Shown piece by piece: positions 1-9,911 of a stretch of DNA of 15,074 bases; positions within the stretch are counted from its first letter, which is position 1; each line of letters begins with the position of its first letter. This DNA comes from an uncultured bacterium (lineage in GTDB: Bacteria > Gemmatimonadota > Gemmatimonadetes > Gemmatimonadales > Gemmatimonadaceae), in NCBI GenBank assembly GCA_963978095.1, contig CAXBQP010000062.1:1-15074 (forward strand), read 5' to 3'. The position numbers and the translations under genes are program-made. The notes under the pieces were generated by a model. It was given only the letters and a program-made list of their open reading frames with translations. It was not told the DNA's origin and searched no databases.

Positions 1-2
1 AA

Positions 3-596
3 AATCCCGGAGTTCCAGAGTCCGCCCGCCGCAATCAACGTGGTGGCCCGTTCGACGGAAGGCTTTTCGACGAATCGCCGCACGCGCCGCAGGGGTTCGG
101 ACACGACGTCCCCGGGTTCGATGTAGCCGAGTCCGGGATCCGGCCGCAGCGGAACGATCCCCACCGTCACCAAGGCAAGCTCCTGCCGCGCAGCGGTGCC
201 GGCCTCGGTCAGCGCGCGCTGAAAGCCGGCGACGTCGCCAATGGCCCAGTCCGCGTGGACCGAGAGCATCACGTCGTCGGGTGAGCCGCGGCGCGCGATC
301 TCATGCGCGGCCCAGGCCAACGCCGCCGCGGTACCTGCGGGGCGCGGCTCCGCGATGACGTTCTCGGGCGGAAGGTCCGGCAGCAGCGCCCGGACCGCAT
401 CCGCCAGCTCCGCGTTGGTGAGCACCAGCGTCTGGTGCATGGGTGCGATCGGCGCCAAACGGTCGAGCGTGTCGCGAAGCATCGGCTGGTCGGACAAGAG
501 CGGCAACAGCTGCTTGGGGCGACGTGGCGTGCTCATCGGCCAGAACCGCGAGCCGACCCCGCCGGCGAGAATCACGACCCACGTGGTCCCGCTCAT
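3..596 (-). CDS. manC: Mannose-1-phosphate guanylyltransferase / sugar-phosphate nucleotidyltransferase, 3'-truncated by window edge
   Basis: Not in the ORF track because there is no stop in the window. Manual minus-strand translation from ATG at 596 gives MSGTTWVVILAGGVGSRFWPMSTPRRPKQLLPL...VIAEPRPAGTAAA...HADWAI...LVTVGIVP...GLGYIEPG...RFVEKPS...LWNSGIF, carrying the GGxGSRxWP, PKQ, EP, FVEKP and WNSG motifs of ManC. ATGA overlap with the upstream gene's stop. Confidence 0.93.
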   Translation of the reverse strand, partial: MSGTTWVVILAGGVGSRFWPMSTPRRPKQLLPLLSDQPMLRDTLDRLAPIAPMHQTLVLTNAELADAVRALLPDLPPENVIAEPRPAGTAAALAWAAHEIARRGSPDDVMLSVHADWAIGDVAGFQRALTEAGTAARQELALVTVGIVPLRPDPGLGYIEPGDVVSEPLRRVRRFVEKPSVERATTLIAAGGLWNSGI

Positions 597-1018
597 GACG
601 GCACCGATGGTGCGCCGGTCAGCTCCACGACCCGCGCGTAGAGCTGGCGCGGGCTGAAGGGTTTCGTGACGTAGTCGGACACGCCCAGCGCCATCGCGGT
701 TTCGTACCGCTGATCCTGGCCGGCAGCGGTGAGGATGACGCACGGCAACGCCGTCCATCGCGCGTCGGCGCGCATCCGGGTGAGCACCTCGAGTCCGCTC
801 AGCGTGGGCATCATGAGGTCAAGGAGCACAAGCGCCACATCGGGGTATTGTTCCAGGGCGCGGATCGCGTCCGCACCGTCGTAGACCAATGTGACCCGGA
901 ATGGCCCTTGCTCAAGTTTCGTCTGGATGATTCGGCCGATGTGCGGTTCGTCATCCGCCACCAGCACGTGAATCCGCGGCTGCACGCCGTCGTCGGGCCC
1001 GCCACGCGTGGTGTCCAC
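593..1018 (-). CDS. Stand-alone response regulator receiver protein (CheY/DivK-like)
   Basis: VLVADDE, LVLLDLMMP (phospho-acceptor Asp), ILTA and YVTKPFS receiver motifs; no output domain; GTG start. Confidence 0.9.
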   Translation of the reverse strand: MDTTRGGPDDGVQPRIHVLVADDEPHIGRIIQTKLEQGPFRVTLVYDGADAIRALEQYPDVALVLLDLMMPTLSGLEVLTRMRADARWTALPCVILTAAGQDQRYETAMALGVSDYVTKPFSPRQLYARVVELTGAPSVPS

Positions 1019-1023
1019 GCGGG

Positions 1024-1377
1024 CTATACGAGCGCACGCATTTCGGCGCGGTTGCGCCGAAGTTCGTACAGCAACGTTCCGACGGCGGCATGCGGTCGGG
1101 CGACCACCAACAGGAGTGCGTCATCGGACAGGGCCATGATCAGCGCCACGCCTCCGTCGTGTTCGAGTAGCGCGGAACGCAGCGACCCTTGGCCGGTCGC
1201 GAGGGACAGCTCCTGGGCGAAGCGTACGACCGCCGGGACGAAGGCCGCAACGCGTTCCGCGTCCAGCGGCGGGACGGCGGCCGCTTCGATCAGCACGCCG
1301 TCCCGCCCGAGCACCACGGCCGCATCGACCCCGTCGCGCTGGCGCACCACGGCTACCAACTCGCGAATAGTGGACAT
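1024..1377 (-). CDS. Roadblock/LC7 domain protein (MglB-like)
   Basis: 117 aa; GVDAAVVLGRDGVLIEA...AAF...GSLRSALLEHDGGVALIMAL...LLLVVA...VGTLLYELRR matches the Roadblock/LC7 pattern; GGAG Shine-Dalgarno 5 nt before ATG. Confidence 0.85.
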   Translation of the reverse strand: MSTIRELVAVVRQRDGVDAAVVLGRDGVLIEAAAVPPLDAERVAAFVPAVVRFAQELSLATGQGSLRSALLEHDGGVALIMALSDDALLLVVARPHAAVGTLLYELRRNRAEMRALV

Positions 1378-1405
1378 GGCGACTCCAAGGGAAGGTCGAG
1401 GGGGA

Positions 1406-1433
1406 AGTCTACGCCCGCACAGAGTGAAGTCAA
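1406..1433 (-). promoter_or_regulatory. Putative sigma70 promoter for the roadblock-RR-manC operon
   Basis: Minus strand TTGACT (1433-1428) - 16 nt - TAGACT (1411-1406), ~30 nt upstream of the roadblock ATG. Confidence 0.6.
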
Positions 1434-1446
1434 GCTACTGCATCGC

Positions 1447-1475
1447 TTGAACTTGAGCCTTCTTCACCGTACACT
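1447..1475 (+). promoter_or_regulatory. Putative sigma70 promoter for the lipoprotein-serS unit
   Basis: TTGAAC (1447-1452) - 17 nt - TACACT (1470-1475); ATG follows 9 nt later with no SD. Confidence 0.6.
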
Positions 1476-1484
1476 TCAGCACGC

Positions 1485-2090
1485 ATGAAACTCGCTCATT
1501 GGCTCCCATTTCGCCGGCCCGCCGGGCCTCGGCGCCTGCCCCTGTTCGCCCTGCTCGCCGCCATGTGCTCCGTTGCGGCCTGCGATGACCCGTTCAAGGT
1601 CAAGGCGAACTATGAAAACGGCAGCCAGGCCTTCCAGGTCTACGCCCTCTCCGGCACCCCCACGAATCTCTCCTCCGCGCTCCTGCTGCCGGTCCGCTCC
1701 GTGACGCGCGTGGACGGGAGTTTTGCCTTTGACGTCGCGTTCGACATCAATGCCGCCGGAAATGTCGTCGTCATTCCCGTCAACGTGGTCGGCCAGAACA
1801 CCGCCGGCGCGCGTCCGGTGGGCATCATCACCAACATCGGGAGCTACAGTTCGATCCTCGAAGCGCCGCTCAACGGGTACACGTTTGATTCGGTGACGGT
1901 GGTGACCAAGGGACAGGCGTTCGTCATCAAGGCGCAGGAGACCGCGTGCGGGGCCTCGCTGACGCCGTACCAATATGCCAAGGCCGTGGTCGATTCCATC
2001 GATCTCACCAAACGGTCCATCCTCGGTCACGCGACGATCAACATCAACTGCGGATTCCGCTCGTTGCGCGACGGACTCCCCACGTACTGA
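1485..2090 (+). CDS. Hypothetical lipoprotein
   Basis: Basic N-terminus, hydrophobic stretch LPLFALLAAMCSV and lipobox-like VAA-C followed by DDPF; GC3-rich codon usage; beta-strand-like mature region; stop 3 nt before serS. Confidence 0.75.
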   Translation: MKLAHWLPFRRPAGPRRLPLFALLAAMCSVAACDDPFKVKANYENGSQAFQVYALSGTPTNLSSALLLPVRSVTRVDGSFAFDVAFDINAAGNVVVIPVNVVGQNTAGARPVGIITNIGSYSSILEAPLNGYTFDSVTVVTKGQAFVIKAQETACGASLTPYQYAKAVVDSIDLTKRSILGHATININCGFRSLRDGLPTY

Positions 2091-2093
2091 GCC

Positions 2094-3368
2094 GTGCACG
2101 ACATCCGGATGGTGCGGGAGAATGCCGGCGTCTTGCGCGACGGCATGCGCCGGCGCGGCAAACTCGACCAGTTCGCCCCGGTCATCGACCGCGCTCAAAC
2201 GCTGGATCGCGAGCGGCGCGCCGCCATTCAAGCGGTCGAGGAGCGAAAGGCCGCGCGGAACGCGGCAAGTCAGGAGGTCGGGCGCCGCAAGAAGGCAGGG
2301 GAGAATGCCGACGACCTGGTGGCCAGCACCCGCGCACTCGGTGAGGAGATCGCGGCGCTCGAGCTCGGACTCGCGACCTCCCAGAACGAACTGGACGCGA
2401 TCCTGCTGGAGTTCCCGAACCTTCCCGCCGCCGACGTCCCGGAGGGCGATGAGTCCGCGAACGTCGTGACACGAAGCTGGGGGACGCCGATGCCAGCCGG
2501 CTCCGTCCGCCCACACTGGGAGATCGGGGAGTCGCTTGGCCTGCTCGACCTCCCGCGCGGCGCCAAAATCTCGGGCTCCGGCTTCATCGTGTATCGTGGC
2601 ATCGGCGCGCGGCTGCAACGCGCGCTGCTCAACCTCATGCTCGACCTGCACACCCAGCAGCATGGCTACGAGGAAGCGTGGGTCCCGCTGTTCGTGAATC
2701 GCACGTCGATGCTCGGCACCGGACAGTTGCCGAAGTTCGAGGAGGACATGTACGCGCTCCGCGACGACGCGCTCTTCGCGATTCCCACCGCCGAGGTGCC
2801 GCTCACCAACCTCTTCGGTGACGAGATCCTCGACGGTAGCGCGTTGCCGCACGCCATCACGGCCTGCAGCGCCTGCTTCCGTCGCGAGGCGGGATCCGCC
2901 GGAAAGGACACGCGCGGACTCCTCCGGGTGCACCAGTTCGACAAGGTCGAGCTGGTCCGTTTTTGCGCCCCGGAAGACTCAGCGGCCCAGCATGAACTGC
3001 TGACGGGCCACGCCGAACAGGTGCTGCAGCTGCTGGAACTGCCGTACCGGGTCCTGCTGCTGGCGGCGGGCGATACCGGATTCTCCAGCGCCAAGACCTA
3101 CGACCTCGAAGTCTTCGCCCCCGGTGTCGGGAAATGGCTCGAAGTATCCTCCTGCTCCAACTTTGGGGACTTCCAGGCCCGGCGCGCGAACATCCGGTAT
3201 CGTCCCGCCCCCGGTGAGAAGCCGCGGTTCGTGCACACGCTCAATGGGTCCGCGCTCGCGTTGCCACGTGTGGTGGCCGCCCTTCTCGAGCAGCACCAAC
3301 AGGCGGATGGATCGGTGCTCGTCCCTGAAGCGTTGCGTCCGTATCTCGGGGTCGATCGCATCGGGTGA
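2094..3368 (+). CDS. serS: Seryl-tRNA synthetase
   Basis: N-terminal coiled-coil arm; PTAEVPL, motif 2 FRREAG...GLLRVHQFDKVE, EVSSCSN, motif 3 HTLNGSALA; 424 aa. Confidence 0.98.
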   Translation: MHDIRMVRENAGVLRDGMRRRGKLDQFAPVIDRAQTLDRERRAAIQAVEERKAARNAASQEVGRRKKAGENADDLVASTRALGEEIAALELGLATSQNELDAILLEFPNLPAADVPEGDESANVVTRSWGTPMPAGSVRPHWEIGESLGLLDLPRGAKISGSGFIVYRGIGARLQRALLNLMLDLHTQQHGYEEAWVPLFVNRTSMLGTGQLPKFEEDMYALRDDALFAIPTAEVPLTNLFGDEILDGSALPHAITACSACFRREAGSAGKDTRGLLRVHQFDKVELVRFCAPEDSAAQHELLTGHAEQVLQLLELPYRVLLLAAGDTGFSSAKTYDLEVFAPGVGKWLEVSSCSNFGDFQARRANIRYRPAPGEKPRFVHTLNGSALALPRVVAALLEQHQQADGSVLVPEALRPYLGVDRIG

Positions 3369-3377
3369 ATCCGTGCG

Positions 3378-3406
3378 GTGACGAGTCACGTCACGGTGGC
3401 TACCTT
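3378..3406 (+). promoter_or_regulatory. Putative internal promoter for pcrA, leaderless geometry
   Basis: GTGACG (3378-3383) - 17 nt - TACCTT (3401-3406) - 6 nt - ATG (3413). Confidence 0.45.
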
Positions 3407-3412
3407 TCACCG

Positions 3413-5677
3413 ATGACGGCTTCCGTGCCCTCCAATGCGTCGCTCAACCCCGCCCAGCGCGAAGCGGTCGAGCACAATGATGGTCCCATGCTCGTCCTCG
3501 CCGGTGCCGGCTCCGGCAAGACGCGGGTGCTCACGTCGCGCATCGCGAGACTGATCGCCGAAGGACATGCCAGGGCCGAACAAATCCTGGCGGTCACCTT
3601 CACGAACAAAGCCGCCGGAGAGATGAAGGAGCGCGTGGCGCGCGCCCTCGGTGAACAGCCGTCAGGGATGTGGATCGGGACCTTTCACGCCATCGGCGCC
3701 CGCATGCTGCGGCGCGACCCCGAGAAGGTCGCGCGCACCAATGCGTTCACGATCTACGACGAAGACGATACCCTCAGCATCGTCAAGCGACTCATGGATC
3801 GGCACCGCGTGTCGCCCAAGATGTGGACACCGCGCGCCATTTCCGGAGCGATCTCCGAGGCCCGCAACTCGCTGGTCGATCCGGTGGAGTTCACGAAGCT
3901 GGCCATGACGCCACTCGCCAAGGCTGTTGCGCCGATCTACAACGACTGGGATCTCGCCTTCCGCAGCGCCAACGCGGTGTCGTTCGACGACTTGCTCTGG
4001 CTCCCGGTCGAACTGCTGCAACGTCACGCCGATGTCCGCGAGCGCTACGAGCGTCGGTTCAAGTACATCCTGGTGGACGAGTATCAGGACACCAACCGCG
4101 CCCAGTATGAGCTCATACGGCTCATGGGGGCGCGGAACGGCAATGTGGCGGTCGTCGGTGACGACGATCAGGCCATCTATGGGTGGCGTGGCGCCGATAT
4201 CCGCAACATCCTCGACTTCGAACGCGACTATCCGAGTGCGAAGGTCGTGCGCCTCGAGGAGAACTACCGCTCCACCTCCGCGATCCTCGATCTGGCCAAC
4301 GTGGTGATCGCCGAGAACACCGGTCGCCGCGGCAAGACTCTCCGCGCCACGCAACCGGGCGGCGACGCCGTCACCCTCCTTGGTGCCCTCGATGACCGCG
4401 ACGAGTCCGACGCGATCGCCGAGGAGATTGAGCTCCGGCGCAAGCGCATGGGCGACGCGTACGCCGACATCGCGATCCTGTATCGGACCAACGCGCAGAG
4501 CCGCGGGTTCGAAGAGTCCTTCCGCCGGCGCCAGATTCCCTATCGCATGGTCGGCGCCGTGCGCTTCTATGATCGGCGCGAGATCAAGGATCTGGTGTCG
4601 TGGTTGCGGCTCATTGCGAACCCTGCCGACGACGAGGCCTTCCGTCGGGCGATCGGCGTCCCGAAGCGGGGGATCGGTGAGACCACGGTGGAGTTGCTCG
4701 CCGCCGGTGCACGTGAGGCGGGGATTCCACTCCTTGCGGCGGCCGCCCGGCCGGATCTCATGATCGGCGCGCGCCCCGCGACCAAGGCGGCCATCGCCGA
4801 CTTTGTCGAGTCGGTGGACCGGTTCCACGCGATGGCCCGTGAGGCCAGCGTCGATGCGCTGATTGTCGAGTTGGTTACTCACATCGGCTACGATGCGGTG
4901 CTCCGGGCCGAGGGGCCGGAAGGGCTCGAGCGGCTCGACAACGTCGCGGAGTTCATTCGCGGGGCGGCGGAAATCGTGATTGAAGACGGTGGGGAGATCG
5001 GCCTGCGACCGCTCGACCATTTCCTGCAGCAAGCCACGTTGGTCGCCGGACTCGACCAGCTGGGGCCCGATGCGGATGCCGTCACGATGATGACCCTCCA
5101 CACCGCCAAGGGGCTGGAGTTTCCGGTGGTGTTTCTGGCCGGGATGGAAGACGGGCTCTTCCCGCTGAGCCGGGCGTCCGACGACCCCGACATGCTCGAA
5201 GAGGAGCGCCGCTTGTTTTACGTGGGCATCACCCGCGCCGAGCGAAAACTGTATCTGAGCTGGGCGCGGAGTCGCCGCCGGAACGGTGAGACGATGCCCT
5301 CCATGCTCTCGCGGTTCGTCAATGCCAGCGCGCAGAAGCTGCTCGAACCGCAGGCGACGATTCGCCTGCGCGCGAGCGGTCGGGCGGCCATGACGCCGGC
5401 CGTTCGAGCGCCCTCCAGTTGGGGTGACGAATCGCCGGGCACCTGGCGCCGCAACCCCGCGCGCGAGAAGGCGGTCGAGATCGAGGATCAGTCGCAGGAT
5501 CAGCCCGTGCTGATCAAGGGCGCACGGGTCAAGCACAAGACCTTTGGGAGCGGCACGGTTGCCGAGGCCACCGGTAGCGGGCGCGACGCCAAGGTCACGA
5601 TAGATTTCGATGACGAAGCGGTAGGACGAAAGCGCCTGGTGGTTGCTTTCGCTGGACTCGAACGGGACTTCGACTGA
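3413..5677 (+). CDS. pcrA: ATP-dependent SF1A DNA helicase PcrA/UvrD
   Basis: LNPAQ (Q motif), AGAGSGKT (Walker A), VTFTNKAA, LVDEYQDTN, VGDDDQAIY, LEENYRS, TLHTAKGLEF, EERRLFYVGITRA; C-terminal Tudor-like domain (GARVKHKTFGSGTV). ATG 3413 preferred over the track's GTG 3365. Confidence 0.96.
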   Translation: MTASVPSNASLNPAQREAVEHNDGPMLVLAGAGSGKTRVLTSRIARLIAEGHARAEQILAVTFTNKAAGEMKERVARALGEQPSGMWIGTFHAIGARMLRRDPEKVARTNAFTIYDEDDTLSIVKRLMDRHRVSPKMWTPRAISGAISEARNSLVDPVEFTKLAMTPLAKAVAPIYNDWDLAFRSANAVSFDDLLWLPVELLQRHADVRERYERRFKYILVDEYQDTNRAQYELIRLMGARNGNVAVVGDDDQAIYGWRGADIRNILDFERDYPSAKVVRLEENYRSTSAILDLANVVIAENTGRRGKTLRATQPGGDAVTLLGALDDRDESDAIAEEIELRRKRMGDAYADIAILYRTNAQSRGFEESFRRRQIPYRMVGAVRFYDRREIKDLVSWLRLIANPADDEAFRRAIGVPKRGIGETTVELLAAGAREAGIPLLAAAARPDLMIGARPATKAAIADFVESVDRFHAMAREASVDALIVELVTHIGYDAVLRAEGPEGLERLDNVAEFIRGAAEIVIEDGGEIGLRPLDHFLQQATLVAGLDQLGPDADAVTMMTLHTAKGLEFPVVFLAGMEDGLFPLSRASDDPDMLEEERRLFYVGITRAERKLYLSWARSRRRNGETMPSMLSRFVNASAQKLLEPQATIRLRASGRAAMTPAVRAPSSWGDESPGTWRRNPAREKAVEIEDQSQDQPVLIKGARVKHKTFGSGTVAEATGSGRDAKVTIDFDDEAVGRKRLVVAFAGLERDFD

Positions 5678-5988
5678 TGGCGGTTTCCAAGGACGACGTG
5701 CGTCGCATCGCCGGGCTCGCCCGCGTGGGCGTTCCCGAGGATCGGCTCGATGGGTTGGTCACCGAACTCAACGGCATTCTGACGCACATGGATGCGCTGG
5801 CCCGAGTGCCGAGCAGCGGGCTCGCCGGCGCCGCGGACGCCGCGCGCGCGGGCATGCCGCTGGCGGCGGACGAATGCACCGCGGTCCCGCTGGTTCTACC
5901 CCGTGACGCGTTCGCCCCGCTCATGCGTGACGGATTCTTCCTGGTGCCGCGCCTCGCGACCCACGACGACGCCGGAGACGAGTCGTGA
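5677..5988 (+). CDS. gatC: Asp/Glu-tRNA(Asn/Gln) amidotransferase subunit C
   Basis: MAVSKDDVRRIAGLARV...AP...DGFFLVPR; 103 aa; directly before gatA; 1-bp overlap with pcrA stop. Confidence 0.93.
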   Translation: MAVSKDDVRRIAGLARVGVPEDRLDGLVTELNGILTHMDALARVPSSGLAGAADAARAGMPLAADECTAVPLVLPRDAFAPLMRDGFFLVPRLATHDDAGDES

Positions 5989-7426
5989 GCGCGCCGCGTG
6001 AATGGATCCCGACGGGCGCTGCGCGCATCGCGGCCGCGGTGCGTGATGGAACCGTCCGTGCGACGGAGATCGTCCGCGAAAGCTTCGAGCGCGCCGCCAC
6101 GGTGCGGGCAGGGAGCGATGGACTGAACTGCATCCTGTCGGCGGATCTCGACACGAGCCTCCGCGCAGCCGAGTCGCATCCAGTCGGCGGCGCGCTCGCG
6201 GGCGTGCCGGTCGTGCTGAAGGACAACATCGCCACCACCACGCTCACCACGAGCTGCGGCTCCAGGATCCTCGAGGGATACACCAGTCCCTATCAGGCCA
6301 CGGTCGCGACGAAGCTGCACCAGGCCGGCGCGATTCTGGTGGGCAAGGCGAACATGGACGAGTTCGCGATGGGCTCCTCGACGGAGTTCAGCGCCTACGG
6401 TCCCGCCCGTAATCCTCTTGACCCGGCGCGCGTCCCGGGCGGGTCCTCGGGTGGCTCCGCGGCGGCGGTCGCCGCCGGGCTCGCCCCGATCGCACTCGGT
6501 TCCGAAACCGGGGGGTCCGTCCGTCAGCCCGCCGCTTTTTGCGGCATCGTCGGCGTCAAGCCGACCTATGGACTGATCAGCCGCTTCGGGCTCGTGGCCT
6601 TCGCGTCCTCCCTCGACAACATCGGCGTGTTCGGACGCAGCGTCGACGACGCCGCCCTCGCCATGCAGGTGCTGGCGGGCGACGATACCACGCACGACGC
6701 GACGTCCGCGCCCCGTCCCACACCCGGCTACCGCGGCGAAGTCCGCGATCTCGCCGGCGTCGTCATCGGCAAGCCGCGGGAATATTTCCCCGCCTCGCTC
6801 CCCGCGCCGATGCGCGAGCAGTGCGACCGTGCGATCGACGCCCTCAAGGCGCGCGGAGCGACCTTCCGCGACGTCTCGCTGCCGCACACGGATCTGGCCC
6901 TGCCGGTGTACTACATCATCGCGCCCGCGGAATGTTCGGCCAACCTCGCCCGCTTCGATGGCGTCCGGTACGGCATGCGGATCGCCGGCGACGGGCTCCG
7001 CGGGATGTACGAAGCCACGCGCTCGAACGGCTTCGGCGCGGAGGTCACGCGCCGCATCCTCTTGGGCACCTACGTGCTCTCGGCGGGCTACTTCGACGCC
7101 TATTACCGCAAGGCGATGGAAGTCCGCGCCCTCATCACCAAGGACTTTACCGACGTCTGGGCTTCCGGCGTGCATGCGCTCTTCACCCCGACCACCGCAA
7201 GCCCCGCCTTCCAGATCGGCGCCATCAGCGACCCTTACGAGATGTACCTCTGTGATCTCTTCACCGTGAGCGCCAATCTCGCCGAGGTGCCGGCGATGTC
7301 GGTCCCCATCGGGCGCGTCAACGGCTTGCCGGTCGGCGGACAGGTGATCGCCCCCAAGTTCGGAGAGGCCGACATGTTCCGCGTGGCCTACGCCCTCGAG
7401 AGCGCACTCGGCGCGGAGGCACACCG

Positions 7427-7430
<4 letters not shown>
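5985..7430 (+). CDS. gatA: Asp/Glu-tRNA(Asn/Gln) amidotransferase subunit A
   Basis: Amidase signature: VLKDNI, GKANMDEFAMGSS, PGGSSGGSAAAV, GSETGGSVRQPAA; also NLARFDGVRYG and RRILLGTYVLSAGYFDAYY. Confidence 0.97.
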
Positions 7431-8863
<1,433 letters not shown>

Positions 8864-9813
8864 AGCGGCGAGGTGAGCCCTCGGGCGAAGTTCAGGCCGT
8901 GCGCCGGCAGGCCGAACTCGCGTTGTGCGTCCAGCCGCGCCGCCTCGTCGCCTCCGGCGCGCAGCGCGGCGCGTCGCACCTGTTTCGCGCGGCGGAGTGC
9001 ATGCTCCCCAGACGGGTCGTAGCCGAACGCCAACGAGCGTGCGTCGCGCGAGAGGAAATCCATCACGAAATCGTACGACGTCTCGAGATACCGCCCGACA
9101 TCCGGTTCGGTGAGGTCCCATCGACTGTTGTCGACCATCAGGGCGAACACCCGCTGCCACCTCTCGTTGTCGTTCACGACCACCATGCCGCGAAAGATCC
9201 GACGGTTGGTCGGCGTACTGAAGATCGTCGGGCTCAGGATCCGGTCGAGATGCCCATCGCTCCGGGCATGATCGATTTCGATCAGCGCGCGGGCCTTCCG
9301 GGGAAAGCGCTCCCCGAGATGCGATTCCAGTCGGCTCTCCCAGTAGCTGTGCCCAAGCGCACTCGTGCTCGCAGTGATCGCCAGCTGGTGCGGCACGAAG
9401 CAGTTGTGCGCCACGGCATCGGCAGCCAGGTGCGCGAGGTAGCCGTAGGCGAACGCCTGGAGGGGTTCACCTCTCGCCTTGTCGAGAATCTCGAACCCGA
9501 CATTCCACGAGTGGCAGTGGCGCCCGAATCGCGCGTACTTCTTGGCGATGCTCGTATCGGCCGCGATCGACCCGTACAGGAAGTCCTTGGGCTGCGCCTG
9601 CAACACGGCCGCGACCGCCCCCGGCAGCAAGGCGAGGTTCCGGAGCACGGCATCGCCGAGGAAGACGTGCGTCCCCGGCCCCCAAGCCCACGCGTGCCGC
9701 GGAAGCAAAGCCACCAGGAGGACCACGACTCCCAAACGTGCGAGCCACGGGACCACGTCTCCGCGCGAGCACCGGGGCCGTGTCGCGATCGCTCCCTGAA
9801 TCGTCATATCTTC

Positions 9814-9842
9814 ATCCTAGGGAGCGTCGCGGGGGCGGGCAA
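9814..9842 (-). promoter_or_regulatory. Putative sigma70 promoter for the PLC-like gene, leaderless geometry
   Basis: Minus strand TTGCCC (9842-9837) - 17 nt - TAGGAT (9819-9814) - 6 nt - ATG (9807). Confidence 0.5.
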
Positions 9843-9911
9843 GCAAGCCCGCGCCCGCGATCGGTCCCCGCCTTGCTCGGATCAACGCACGCCCCCCACT
9901 CCGGTCTCCGC

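Noticed and set aside
3365..3412. 16-codon N-terminal extension of PcrA from GTG 3365
   Set aside because: Homology starts near LNPAQ, and a promoter-like element points to ATG 3413.
9738..9911. 58-aa N-terminal extension of MurA in the ORF track
   Set aside because: It overlaps the divergent gene and its promoter; MurA homology starts at ATG 9912.
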